From: Pseudoalteromonas tetraodonis
GTDB lineage: Bacteria; Pseudomonadota; Gammaproteobacteria; Enterobacterales; Alteromonadaceae
DNA length: 32,000 bases
Reading direction: 5' to 3'
Assembly: GCF_002310835.1 (NCBI RefSeq)
Contig: NZ_CP011042.1
Coordinates: 60,001-92,000 of the forward strand
Within the stretch, counting starts at the first letter, position 1. Every line of letters begins with the position of its first letter. The notes below the pieces were generated by a model, which worked only from the letters and a program-made list of their open reading frames with translations, was not told where the DNA came from and ran no database searches. The position numbers and the translations under genes were made by a program. Below are positions 1 through 9,001 of the stretch, in pieces.

Positions 1-489
1 GTGTATGTAGCAAAAGCGCCCCCTATGCCTTACTTTGAAACACTTGCGCAGCTAGAGCCAGTAGTTAGTGGGCAAATAAATAGCATAAACCAGCACTGTG
101 GCAATGGCTGGCGAAAAGTTTTTAATGTGTACGCCAAAGTGTTATTTACGCTGCCAAGCGAGTATTACTCATTTGCTAAACAAGCAGTGAGTTGGCAAGC
201 ATATCGAGATGAGCTGTTGTTACAGCAGCATAGCGGGACTGCATTACTCTTTAGTGCGCCGGTGCTTACTGAGCATAAAAATCAATTGCACATTATAGCT
301 GGGCGAACTCACGCTAAAAACTTGATACAACAAGGTAAGTTAAACGCCCAACTTGATTGGCTTGATGATGAGTTTGCTATAGATAAAAGCCAGAATATTA
401 TTGTATGCCCCTATTTTGATTATAGGCAGCTGAGTAATATTAAAATTGCCCGTTTGAGTGAATTAGTGGCTCAGTTGCGAATAATCTAA
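1..489 (+). CDS. hypothetical protein, C-terminal part (5' end probably lies outside the window)
   Basis: The ORF is open from base 1 to the TAA at 487-489. It has no recognisable catalytic motif. Coding is inferred from ORF length and the absence of a competing ORF. Confidence 0.5.
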   Translation: MYVAKAPPMPYFETLAQLEPVVSGQINSINQHCGNGWRKVFNVYAKVLFTLPSEYYSFAKQAVSWQAYRDELLLQQHSGTALLFSAPVLTEHKNQLHIIAGRTHAKNLIQQGKLNAQLDWLDDEFAIDKSQNIIVCPYFDYRQLSNIKIARLSELVAQLRII

Positions 490-503
490 GCCACTTTCGT
501 TTT

Positions 504-1148
504 TTAGGTAAGTGTTACGCTCAGTGTGTTAGCGCTATCAACTAGCATGAGCGAGCCCAAAATAAATAGGATGCAGGCCGATGCACGGCCAAATTTTAGT
601 GAGAGCGCCGGATTATTGCTGAGGATTTTTCTGGCACTTACCCCTATTAACCAATATACCAGCGCACAGCCAACTAAATGAATAATGCTAAGTACCAGCA
701 ATTGTTCAGTAATAGAAAATGACAGTGTTGGTAAAACAAACTGCGGCAATAAGGCTAAAAATAACAGCATCACTTTGGGATTCAAGCCACTAATTATAAA
801 GCCCTTTCTCATCCACTTTAGAGGCGTGTCTGAGGTGTGTTCTTGGCCATCGTTATAGGCTGCAGGCATTGGAGGAAATCGGTACAGTGATACGGCAATC
901 CAAATTATGTACAAAGCACCAAATAAGGTTAACAGCTTTATAAACATGGCATGCGATGCTAATAACGCGCCTAACCCTATCACCACAATCAAACTAGCCA
1001 TTAAATGCCCAAGTATTAACCCCGCTACTGCAGGAATGATTTTATCACCCGCTATACCTGCACTGATTGTATAAGCCCAATCGGCACCGGGGGTAAGTAC
1101 AAACAAGATTGATACCAGCCAAAAAGAAAAAATAATATTAATATCCAT
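504..1148 (-). CDS. LysE/RhtB-family amino-acid exporter
   Basis: A roughly 214-aa polytopic membrane protein with the family-typical N-terminus 'MDINIIFSFWLVSILFVLTPGADW'. I prefer the ATG at 1148 over the TTG at 1172 given by the ORF track. It is divergent from an Lrp/AsnC regulator, which is the classical pairing. Confidence 0.8.
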   Translation of the reverse strand: MDINIIFSFWLVSILFVLTPGADWAYTISAGIAGDKIIPAVAGLILGHLMASLIVVIGLGALLASHAMFIKLLTLFGALYIIWIAVSLYRFPPMPAAYNDGQEHTSDTPLKWMRKGFIISGLNPKVMLLFLALLPQFVLPTLSFSITEQLLVLSIIHLVGCALVYWLIGVSARKILSNNPALSLKFGRASACILFILGSLMLVDSANTLSVTLT

Positions 1149-1262
1149 ACATATCCATGCACTAAAACCCAAAATAAGTGAGCTGCTATTTTATTTCTTT
1201 CTGATGAGTAAAAGTTACTGTATTTTACTGATATAAGCGTTCATTTTAGGAAATAATCAACT

Positions 1263-1715
1263 ATGGATACCATAGATAGGAAAATTCTTGCTGAGTTGCA
1301 AGTTGATGGCAGGCTCACCCTCTCTGAATTGGCTGATCGTGTTGGGTTAAGCGTGTCACCTTGTCATCGTCGTGTAAAAGAGCTTGAGAAAAGCAAAGCA
1401 ATTGTTGGCTACAGAACTGAAATATCACCTGAAAAAGTGGGTTTAAACTTTTCTGCGTTAGTATTTATTACTATTAAAGAAGGTGATAAAGCGTCGTTAA
1501 GCAAATTAGAGCAAGCAGTCGATGCTATCCCTCAGATCACCAATGCACAACGCTTATTTGGCACCCCTGATTACCTGTTACATGTTGTAACTAAAGATTT
1601 AGCCGCGTTTCAGCAACTCTACGATGACAAGCTATCAGCCTTACCGGGTGTACAACGTTTAACCTCAACCATTGTGATGAAAGATATTGTAAGAGCGCGT
1701 AACTTGCACTTTTAA
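1263..1715 (+). CDS. Lrp/AsnC-family transcriptional regulator
   Basis: 150 aa. N-terminal HTH 'RKILAELQVDGRLTLSELADRVGLSVSPCHRRVKELE' followed by a RAM/AsnC_trans_reg-like C-terminal half. An AGGA RBS lies upstream. It is divergent from the exporter. Confidence 0.9.
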   Translation: MDTIDRKILAELQVDGRLTLSELADRVGLSVSPCHRRVKELEKSKAIVGYRTEISPEKVGLNFSALVFITIKEGDKASLSKLEQAVDAIPQITNAQRLFGTPDYLLHVVTKDLAAFQQLYDDKLSALPGVQRLTSTIVMKDIVRARNLHF

Positions 1716-1860
1716 CAGGTTATGTTTTACACGAAGTTTAAAAAGTTAAACCGATGACGCTGCAAAGCCTATGGCAGCGGGCTTTGCCTAAATAGGTAAA
1801 AATAAAGTGTAAATAAAGCTTGTTATAAAGTGTATTGCTGTTATTCTGCTTGCCATCGGG

Positions 1861-1890
1861 TTGATAGAAAGCCCTGTTTATTTGTAAGTA
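1861..1890 (+). promoter_or_regulatory. putative sigma70 promoter of csp copy 1 (TTGATA-18 nt-TAAGTA), implying a 5'UTR of about 110 nt
   Basis: The hexamers and spacing are conserved in the duplicated copy at 2262-2291. The downstream block 'GTACC.CGTTGTT.TTAGTAATAATCCT.CGCGATATCCTCAAGTTAA' is conserved in both copies, as expected for a long cspA-type leader. Confidence 0.35.
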
Positions 1891-2004
1891 CCTCGTTGTT
1901 ATTAGTAATAATCCTTCGCGATATCCTCAAGTTAAATGTTTGTTTTCTTCCTGTTAAACGCCTATTTTAAGGCAAATTTTTTATTATTTTTTTAGGATAT
2001 TATT

Positions 2005-2214
2005 ATGTCTAATACAACTACTGGTACAGTAAAATTTTTCAATGAAGCAAAAGGTTTTGGTTTTATTGAGCAAGAATCTGGCGCTGACGTTTTCGCACAT
2101 TTCAGTGCTATCTCTGGCGACGGTTTCAAAACATTAGCCGAAGGCCAAAAAGTACAGTTTACTGTAACGCAAGGTCAAAAAGGCCCGCAAGCTGAAAACA
2201 TCGTTTGCATCTAA
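2005..2214 (+). CDS. CspA-family cold-shock protein (copy 1)
   Basis: 69 aa. RNP1-like 'KGFGFI' and RNP2-like 'VFAHF' motifs. An AGGA RBS sits 8 nt upstream. Confidence 0.95.
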   Translation: MSNTTTGTVKFFNEAKGFGFIEQESGADVFAHFSAISGDGFKTLAEGQKVQFTVTQGQKGPQAENIVCI

Positions 2215-2224
2215 ATAGTTTTAA

Positions 2225-2257
2225 TTGATGGGTTAGTGTTAACCCATCAATATTTAT
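2225..2257 (+). terminator. hairpin after csp copy 1 (weak or partial terminator)
   Basis: The 11-bp stem TTGATGGGTTA (2225-2235) pairs with TAACCCATCAA (2240-2250). The tail TATTTAT is AT-rich rather than a clean U-tract. Confidence 0.4.
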
Positions 2258-2261
2258 AAGT

Positions 2262-2291
2262 TTGAAAGAAGTTTTGTTTTATTTGTTAGTA
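2262..2291 (+). promoter_or_regulatory. putative sigma70 promoter of csp copy 2 (TTGAAA-18 nt-TTAGTA)
   Basis: It is paralogous to 1861-1890 and is followed by the same conserved leader block. Confidence 0.35.
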
Positions 2292-2398
2292 CCCCGTTGT
2301 TTTAGTAATAATCCTACGCGATATCCTCAAGTTAACTATTTTTTCGGCTCAATCGCCTCTTTTCAGGCACACTTTAATTAATTTTTAGGATACATATT

Positions 2399-2608
2399 AT
2401 GTCTAATACAACTACTGGTTCAGTAAAATGGTTTAACGAAGCAAAAGGTTTTGGTTTTATCGAGCAAGAATCTGGCGCAGACGTTTTCGCACATTTCAGT
2501 GCTATCTCTGGCGACGGTTTTAAAACGCTAGCTGAAGGCCAACGTGTACAGTTTACTGTTACTCAAGGTCAAAAAGGCCCGCAAGCTGAAAACATCGTTT
2601 GCATCTAA
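2399..2608 (+). CDS. CspA-family cold-shock protein (copy 2)
   Basis: 69 aa. It differs from copy 1 at only three residues (T8S, F11W, K49R). Confidence 0.95.
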   Translation: MSNTTTGSVKWFNEAKGFGFIEQESGADVFAHFSAISGDGFKTLAEGQRVQFTVTQGQKGPQAENIVCI

Positions 2609-2666
2609 TTATAGAGGGAGTGGGCTTTAAAGCGCACTCACTCCGCTTAAACTAGTGTTAAGCAAT

Positions 2667-2701
2667 AAAGCTAATATCATTATGATATTAGCTTTTTTTT
2701 T
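2667..2701. terminator. bidirectional rho-independent terminator between csp copy 2 (+) and the methyltransferase (-)
   Basis: The 13-bp perfect stem AAAGCTAATATCA (2667-2679) pairs with TGATATTAGCTTT (2683-2695). A T-run extends to 2701 and an A-rich stretch flanks the left side. Confidence 0.8.
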
Positions 2702-2710
2702 GACAAAAAT

Positions 2711-3367
2711 TTATACAACGTAACCGCTAAAGCCAAGTGCTTTAAAATAAAGCTTTGGAATACCAAATCCACATTCATTCAGTAGTTCACTAAAGCGCAT
2801 ACGATCTAGGGGGTAAAACTCTCTTTCGAGGTTATGCCCCATTTGAGTTTTGCCAGCTTCAGTTAAGCCTAATTGAGCACAGGTGTTTAATTGTGACTCA
2901 CGCTCAAATGTTGTTTCTGGGCGCATTAAATCAGCAATGTAAAGATTCGCTCCTTTTTTAAGGTTAGTTTTAATGCTTTTAAGAATTTGTTTTTTGTCGC
3001 CGTTATCTTCTACAAAATGCATCACCAGTAAACATAATACGGCGTCTGCTTTCGCTTTTACTTTATCAACTGGGCTACATTCAATAGTGACACGGCTATC
3101 AATACCTTGCTCTGCAAAGCGCTGTTTTGCAATATCGAGCATATCACTGGAGGTGTCTTGGGCAGTAAACTGCCATTTAGGATTTATTTGTGCTAATGCT
3201 AATACTTCCTTACCTGTGCCGGCACCAATCACTAAAATGTGTGCATCGTCGCTTAACGTGGTTTGCAGTTGTGCATTGGTTAGTTGATGAAGTAGCTCAT
3301 AGCCTGGGACTAAACGGGTAATGCGGTTATCATATTCTTGTGCTTCTTCGCCTTTGAAAGTGGGCAT
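2711..3367 (-). CDS. class I SAM-dependent methyltransferase
   Basis: 218 aa. Motif I is 'ILVIGAGTGKEVLAL', with an acidic residue after beta-2 ('FTAQDTS'). Its AAGGAG RBS overlaps the sbcC stop codon, so it is co-transcribed with sbcDC. Confidence 0.8.
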   Translation of the reverse strand: MPTFKGEEAQEYDNRITRLVPGYELLHQLTNAQLQTTLSDDAHILVIGAGTGKEVLALAQINPKWQFTAQDTSSDMLDIAKQRFAEQGIDSRVTIECSPVDKVKAKADAVLCLLVMHFVEDNGDKKQILKSIKTNLKKGANLYIADLMRPETTFERESQLNTCAQLGLTEAGKTQMGHNLEREFYPLDRMRFSELLNECGFGIPKLYFKALGFSGYVV

Positions 3368-3376
3368 GCTGTCTCC

Positions 3377-6300
3377 TTAAATTACGTTTATGGTGGAGTA
3401 TCCACCCGGTTTTTTAGCGACATGAATTTGCGTAGCAACGCGTTCGCTCATTTCACTTACATGTGAAATTACACCGACCTTTCTACCTTGCGCTTGCAAT
3501 GAATCTAGCGCGTCCATGGCAATACTGAGTGTTTCACTATCTAGTGTTCCAAAGCCCTCGTCAACAAATAACGAGTTAATTTGCACTTTGTTCGAAGATA
3601 GTGAGGCAAGTCCCAGTGCTAATGCCAACGACACTAAAAACGATTCACCGCCAGATAGCGTATTGACCGAGCGTTGTTCATCGGCCATATCGCGGTCGAT
3701 AATGGCTATATCAAGTGACTCAGCAATTGCAGTGAGCTCATAACGCTTGTTAAGGGTTTTTAAATGGCTATTAGCATAATGCAGCAATATTTTGAGTGTT
3801 TGTGTTTGCGCTAAATTACGCATTGTTTTACCTGTGGCATCACCTAGTACTTTATTAAGTAAATGCCATTGGTCAACCTGTTGCTTGAGCTGGCTCAGTT
3901 CAGCTTGTTTGCCCTCAAGCGCTTTTGCATTTTGGTTGTGCTGCTCAATCGCGGTGTTGATGGTGAGTAAGCTATTTTGCAATTGTGTTTGCTGGGTATT
4001 TAAGTGGTTTTGTTGCTCAATTAGCTGTGCTTCGCTTTGCGTTGGCTGATTATTTTGTTGATGCTGTTCATTAGCTTGTTGCTGTTGCTTTAACGCGGCA
4101 CTGGCATCAACGACTGCTTGCGATAGTTGCTCGCCTTGTTTTAACTGAGTTTTAATATCGTCGTTGCTGATAGTTAGTAAAAATGTGACTTGCTCATGAC
4201 TGATATCGCCATGAAGGATGTTAAATTCTTTAAACCAGTCGTTGTAACGCGTTTCAAGCATCACTAACTCTTGGTTATTATCTGCCAGACGATGCTCAAG
4301 GTTTTTAAGCGTGATGGCGTGTTCATCGCGCTGTTTTACGGCGCTGTCGTGTGCTTGTTGGCTGGCACTTAATTGGTTTTGGCAGTGCTCTAGCTGTGCT
4401 GACAGTTTAGCTTGGTAGTCATCGGCGCTAATAGTTTGGTTATCAAATAAGGCTAAGCGCTGTTGCTGCGTATTATTGTGCTGTTGCTGTGTTTGAGTTA
4501 ATTCTTCATTGAGCGTGTTAACTCGCTGCTCTGCTTTGGTTATAAGCGGTGTTAGTTGTTGTAACTGTACATTGGCGCTGTCGAATTGTTTTTGACTTTG
4601 TTCAAGCTGTGCTTGGATTTGCTGATATTGTTCTACCTGCTGAGCTAAATCGCTAAGCGGTAACGAGCCTGCTTGCAATGCGTGCCAAAAATCACTGTGT
4701 TCAAAATGTAAATTGAGCTCTTTTATAAGCGCTTCGTTTTGAGTTGCTAGTTCATCGCATTTGTTATTAAGCTGAGATTGCTGATTGCTCAGCTCAACAT
4801 GCTGTGTGTTTAATTGTTGCTGTGTCGCTTGTTCTTTTTTAACTGTGCTTTGCAGCTGGTTAACAGTTTCTTGCAAATTACTGAGCTTTTTTTGCGCCGA
4901 AAAATACTGTGTTTTTTGTTCACTTAATTGCTTATAAGTTTCATCAAGCTGCTCAACTGTTAACTCATTAAGCTCGGTTTTAGCCGCTTGCATGGTATTT
5001 TTAATTTCCAGCATTTTGGCTTGTGCATCACTAATGGCTTGGCTGTACTGAGCATGCTCTGCCACCAAAACCGCGTGTTGTGTTTGGTGCTGATGAAGCT
5101 GTGTTTGAGCATCTTGGTGTTGCTGCTTTTCGTTATTATATGCATTTTCAAAGTCGGTTATTAGGTTTGTAAAAGGTTGGCTTTGATTGCTCGCGAACGG
5201 GTGCTCTGTAGCCCCACAAACGGCACACGACTCATTTGGAACCAGTTGTGCGCGTAAATGCTCAACATGCTCACTGGCACGAAGCCTCGCTTGATTAAGC
5301 GCTTGCTCTGCGTGTTTAAGTGCCTGCTCTTTGCTGGTTAAATGCGTAAGCAGCGTAGTTTTAGTGTGTTCACTGTGGCTGAGCTTTTCTGCCACATCAC
5401 GTTGCTGTTGCACCGTGTGTTTTAATTCTTGGTTAAACTGCTTATAGCGTGTGCGCTGATCTTTTAAATAATCAATGTTTTTAAGCTTAATGTCGCATTG
5501 TTCAATGTTAAATTGAGCGTGCTGCTGGTTTAGCTTATTTAGGCTTTGCTGCTGCGTTGTAAGCGTTTGCTCTGCTTGTTCGAGTTGTTTATTTTGCTCG
5601 CTAAGTTTTGCTGTGAGTATTGTTTGTTGCTCTGCGTGAGCCTGAGCTTGCTGCTGGGTTGCTTTTAGTTGTGTCTGAGTATTAAAAAACTGCTTAAAGC
5701 TATGATGAAAATAGTTCCAATCAGTTGCCAATGGCTTTAATTGACTCTGCTCGTTCAACCAGTGCTGATGCCCTGTGATTTGAGTTTTGGCTTGCTCTGC
5801 GCTTATTTTGTTTTGTTGTAGCTGCTGTTGTAAATCACTTAATTGTTGCTGCTCTTTGGCACTTTGTTGAGTCAGACTTTTTATAGTTTGGTTATATATT
5901 GCTAATTGGCTGTCGAGCTCTCGCGCTTTTGCAATCAGAGGCTCTGCTGTTAGCTTTTGTTGTTTTGCTGTATCTAATTCGTTTTGCTGTTTTTTAACGT
6001 TACTGGCTTGCTCGGTGATCAGCGCGTTGTGATCAAGCTCGTTTAATTGTTTTATTTGTGTATTTAACTGGCTATTTTGCGCTGTTAAGCTTTCACAGCG
6101 CTGGCGGTTATCTTTAATTTCAAGCGCACTTTGCGCTTGTTTTGCTTGCTCAGTTTGCGCTTTAACAGCATTGAGTGCGGCATGTGCTTGTTGCTCGTTT
6201 TGCTGAGCATTTTTTAATGCCAGCTCCAAGCTATGCGCTTGCTTATACCAATTAATGCCTTGCTCTGTCGTTGCTAAAGTTGTTTTAGTGTGTTCAATTT

Positions 6301-7027
6301 GTTGTTTTAAATCAGCCAGCGTTTGTTGTTTTTCACTCAGCTCATCGTCAGACAATAACGTATAACTGGCTAAACTTGCCGTTAGTAATTCAAATTTATC
6401 TTTAATAGCTTTGTTGCGCTCAAATATACGCTGCCCTATTCGACTAAATTTATCGGTGCCAGTCAGGCACTCTAAAAGCTGCGCGCGCTCATCGCCAGTG
6501 GCTTTTAAAAAGGCGGCAAACTCATGTTGTGCTAGTAACACCGCACGCGAGAACTGCTCAAAGGTTAAACCTATTTTATTTTCTATGGCTTTTAAGGTGC
6601 CACTTTTGTCAGCAATTAAGGTTTCATCGGGTAGGCTATGTAAAGTATGTTCGGCCACTTTAAGTTTGCCGGTTACTTTTTTATGCGTACGTTGAATACT
6701 ATAACGTGCTCTGTAAAACTGTTGGTCTTGGCCACTAAAATCTACTTCGGCGTACCCTTCCCATTTGCCACGGCGCAATAAATTGCGGGCATCGTTAAGC
6801 TTAATGTTATCGCCATTAAAATCAATTAGGTTACCTTTATCGCCTTTCAAACGCGCAGTTTTAGTATAAAGTGCTAAGCAGATAGCATCGAGTACGGTGC
6901 TTTTTCCTGCGCCGGTGTCACCTGTAATGGCAAAGAGGCCTGCGTCTTTGAGTGGTGAGGCTAAAAAGTCGATTTCGGCATCGGCAATAGAGGCTAAATT
7001 ATGAATACGAACAGCCGTTATTTTCAT
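3377..7027 (-). CDS. sbcC: exonuclease SbcCD, ATPase subunit SbcC
   Basis: 1216 aa. It has an N-terminal Walker A 'GDTGAGKST', a central CxxC zinc hook 'ESCAVCGATEHP', a C-terminal signature 'LSGGESF' and Walker B 'LFVDEGFGTLD'. The very long Q/L/E-rich region between the two head halves is coiled coil. The start overlaps the sbcD stop (ATGA at 7024-7027). Confidence 0.95.
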   Translation of the reverse strand: MKITAVRIHNLASIADAEIDFLASPLKDAGLFAITGDTGAGKSTVLDAICLALYTKTARLKGDKGNLIDFNGDNIKLNDARNLLRRGKWEGYAEVDFSGQDQQFYRARYSIQRTHKKVTGKLKVAEHTLHSLPDETLIADKSGTLKAIENKIGLTFEQFSRAVLLAQHEFAAFLKATGDERAQLLECLTGTDKFSRIGQRIFERNKAIKDKFELLTASLASYTLLSDDELSEKQQTLADLKQQIEHTKTTLATTEQGINWYKQAHSLELALKNAQQNEQQAHAALNAVKAQTEQAKQAQSALEIKDNRQRCESLTAQNSQLNTQIKQLNELDHNALITEQASNVKKQQNELDTAKQQKLTAEPLIAKARELDSQLAIYNQTIKSLTQQSAKEQQQLSDLQQQLQQNKISAEQAKTQITGHQHWLNEQSQLKPLATDWNYFHHSFKQFFNTQTQLKATQQQAQAHAEQQTILTAKLSEQNKQLEQAEQTLTTQQQSLNKLNQQHAQFNIEQCDIKLKNIDYLKDQRTRYKQFNQELKHTVQQQRDVAEKLSHSEHTKTTLLTHLTSKEQALKHAEQALNQARLRASEHVEHLRAQLVPNESCAVCGATEHPFASNQSQPFTNLITDFENAYNNEKQQHQDAQTQLHQHQTQHAVLVAEHAQYSQAISDAQAKMLEIKNTMQAAKTELNELTVEQLDETYKQLSEQKTQYFSAQKKLSNLQETVNQLQSTVKKEQATQQQLNTQHVELSNQQSQLNNKCDELATQNEALIKELNLHFEHSDFWHALQAGSLPLSDLAQQVEQYQQIQAQLEQSQKQFDSANVQLQQLTPLITKAEQRVNTLNEELTQTQQQHNNTQQQRLALFDNQTISADDYQAKLSAQLEHCQNQLSASQQAHDSAVKQRDEHAITLKNLEHRLADNNQELVMLETRYNDWFKEFNILHGDISHEQVTFLLTISNDDIKTQLKQGEQLSQAVVDASAALKQQQQANEQHQQNNQPTQSEAQLIEQQNHLNTQQTQLQNSLLTINTAIEQHNQNAKALEGKQAELSQLKQQVDQWHLLNKVLGDATGKTMRNLAQTQTLKILLHYANSHLKTLNKRYELTAIAESLDIAIIDRDMADEQRSVNTLSGGESFLVSLALALGLASLSSNKVQINSLFVDEGFGTLDSETLSIAMDALDSLQAQGRKVGVISHVSEMSERVATQIHVAKKPGGYSTINVI

Positions 7028-8271
7028 AGCAGTTGCTCCTGTTCAAGTTCTTCAATTACGTCGGTTAACAGTGCTTTTAATTCATTGGGCACGGTCGCTG
7101 CGGCCATATCTTTATCATTATTAAATGCTTGTTCGAGTAAGCTAATTGGGTTGAGCATTTCCACAAAACTTAAATCTTCAAATACCGTTTCTGAGGAATT
7201 ACTCATTTGCTGGTCACGAACTCGCTCTATGCCACAAAAATTAACCTGTTTTCCTTTAAGTGCTTGCTCGATTTGTTCTCGAAAGGTGGTATCGATATCA
7301 CTTGATTTAAGTTTTACTCGCAAGTAAGGAGCAATGTCGTATTGCTCTGTATCGAGTGCTTTTATTTGCTCACACAGCTGCGCTAAAGGCACACATTCTC
7401 CTTCAGGAAGTACAATGACTTCAGCTAAGCGCGGAATGTAAAGGGGGTTTACAGTGGTGTTTAACGGTTGGTTTTTTTGCTCGCTAAATTCAACCACATT
7501 TACTTGATGGGTATACTTTCTTTCTGAAAACGACATTGGAATAGGCGTGCCGCTGTAACGTATTTGCTCATTTTTAGCTACTAGTTGTGCTTTATGTAAG
7601 TGGCCTAGTGCGACGTAATTGGCTTGCTTACCAAATACCGACGCTGAAATAGCTTCTTCACCGCCAATGACCAAATTACGTTCAGAGTCACCGGAAATAT
7701 TACCGCCTTTTGCATGCAAATGACCCATAACAATTAAAGGCTTATTTTCAGCGTTAAGTGTTAGCGCATGTTCAAGAGCAAGTTCATAGGCTTTTGCAAC
7801 GCCCTGTGCGTAACTGGGGCCATTTTCGGTTTGGCTAAGCGTACTTATGTCACTTGTGCGTAAAAAAGGCATAGCGAGTACCACAGCGCGTTTATCATCG
7901 TTATTAATCGTTACTACAACGTCACTGGGTTTAGCAGGATCAAACCGCCCTACCACATGAGTATCAAACTGGGCTAATAAGGGTTGTGCAGCCAAAATAC
8001 GATTAGCGGAGTCATGATTACCCGCAATAATAACAACGTGTAATTGTGGGCACTGGGCTTTGGCGTTTTTTATAAATTGATAGAGTTGGTTTTCGGCGTT
8101 AGCACTCGGTGTGGCAGTATGATAAATGTCACCTGCAACAAGCAATAAATCGATTTGTTGGTTAACGAGGGTGGTTAACAGCCAAGAGAAAAAAGCATGG
8201 TGCTCATGACGGCGATCATGTTCATAAAATTGCTGACCTAGGTGCCAGTCTGAAGTGTGAAGAACTTTCAT
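7024..8271 (-). CDS. sbcD: exonuclease SbcCD, nuclease subunit SbcD (Mre11-like phosphoesterase)
   Basis: 415 aa. 'MKVLHTSDWHLGQ', 'VAGDIYH', 'IAGNHDS' and 'GHLH' are the calcineurin-like phosphoesterase motifs. The N-terminus is close to that of E. coli SbcD. Confidence 0.95.
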   Translation of the reverse strand: MKVLHTSDWHLGQQFYEHDRRHEHHAFFSWLLTTLVNQQIDLLLVAGDIYHTATPSANAENQLYQFIKNAKAQCPQLHVVIIAGNHDSANRILAAQPLLAQFDTHVVGRFDPAKPSDVVVTINNDDKRAVVLAMPFLRTSDISTLSQTENGPSYAQGVAKAYELALEHALTLNAENKPLIVMGHLHAKGGNISGDSERNLVIGGEEAISASVFGKQANYVALGHLHKAQLVAKNEQIRYSGTPIPMSFSERKYTHQVNVVEFSEQKNQPLNTTVNPLYIPRLAEVIVLPEGECVPLAQLCEQIKALDTEQYDIAPYLRVKLKSSDIDTTFREQIEQALKGKQVNFCGIERVRDQQMSNSSETVFEDLSFVEMLNPISLLEQAFNNDKDMAAATVPNELKALLTDVIEELEQEQLL

Positions 8272-8337
8272 TTTGCGCTCTTAAAAAACCATAAGAGCGC
8301 CAATATACCCAAGGCAATTAAAGATGCAAGTATCGCT

Positions 8338-8574
8338 TTAGGTTAAAGTATACCAAGCTATAAAAATAACGGGCAAAGCAGCGAGCGCGATTGTTAAAGG
8401 CCACTTTAATGCTTTGGCTTTTTTAGCTTGTAATACTTGCAGTGCATTAGTTTCATTACATGCAGCGACTTTATCAATATACAGATAACCCGAGTTTATA
8501 TACTGCTTACAATTTTGCACGTCTGCTGGTATTGCAATTAGTTTTTGCTGCTTTTTTAGGACATAAAAATCCAT
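8338..8574 (-). CDS. small hypothetical protein with a C-terminal transmembrane helix
   Basis: 78-aa ORF with a hydrophobic tail 'WPLTIALAALPVIFIAWYTL' and a GGTGA RBS-like sequence 4 nt upstream. It is on the same strand as sbcD and just upstream of it. I recognise no homology. Confidence 0.4.
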   Translation of the reverse strand: MDFYVLKKQQKLIAIPADVQNCKQYINSGYLYIDKVAACNETNALQVLQAKKAKALKWPLTIALAALPVIFIAWYTLT

Positions 8575-8778
8575 AAACTCACCACACTTGTTACGACTAG
8601 TTAGAACAAAAAATATTTGAGAGAAACGCTAAAAAAATGCTCTCAAATTAAAAAAGTGGGCGATTCTAATTACAAACCATAGTAAAGATCAACCTAAAAC
8701 TGCGTTATTTAGCTTTTTTAATGAAAATAGCTGTGTTTTTTGCTTTTATCTCTACTTTTAGTGATAGCCAGTCTATTT

Positions 8779-8796
8779 TGTAAACCCCCTTTACAG
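8779..8796 (-). repeat. copy 1 (inverted) of the 18-nt hairpin motif CTGTAAA-GGGGG-TTTACA
   Basis: TGTAAACCCCCTTTACAG is the exact reverse complement of the motif at 19002-19019 and 21258-21275. Confidence 0.8.
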
Positions 8797-9001
8797 TTTT
8801 GTTTAGCGTATTAATTGCCTTTGTTTTTTATTCAATTTCTGACGAAATGTCCGTTCTTTTTTGTTGTATAAAACGCTATTTATTGTATTTACAAAAAGGT
8901 GGGGAATATCACCCTATAAAAGCAGGGTTTTATCGCTATTTTATTGAAGCTAAGCTGTAAATTTGTCACAGTAGCGTTACTAAAATCGATCAGGATTAAC
9001 A

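Larger units (their letters stand above)
1861..2608 (+). repeat. tandem duplication (about 394-bp period) of a complete csp unit: promoter, leader and CDS
   Basis: The start codons are 394 nt apart (2005 and 2399). The CDSs are near-identical and the leader blocks are conserved (1888-1950 versus 2289-2340). Confidence 0.85.

Noticed and set aside
3516-7327. Track ORFs on the plus strand (3516-3743, 3792-4049, 6411-6695, 7001-7327) and a minus-strand out-of-frame ORF (4960-5151) inside sbcC/sbcD.
   Set aside because: They are shadow ORFs in low-complexity, Q-codon-rich coding sequence. Their Ser/Cys/Leu-rich translations are implausible, and they are fully embedded in well-supported genes.
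3377-8271. A large ATPase plus nuclease pair that could be mistaken for an SMC-like or OLD-like anti-phage or anti-plasmid defence system.
   Set aside because: The nuclease N-terminus, the phosphoesterase motifs, the CxxC zinc hook and the Walker/signature motifs are those of canonical housekeeping SbcCD. No extra defence-type partners (kleisin-like, Toprim or similar) are present.
8615-8648. A 9-bp inverted repeat ATTTGAGAG/CTCTCAAAT with a T-run on the minus strand in the divergent region upstream of the M1 peptidase; a possible sRNA terminator.
   Set aside because: The 16-nt A-rich loop makes a poor intrinsic terminator, and no upstream minus-strand transcription unit is evident. The evidence is insufficient without transcript data.
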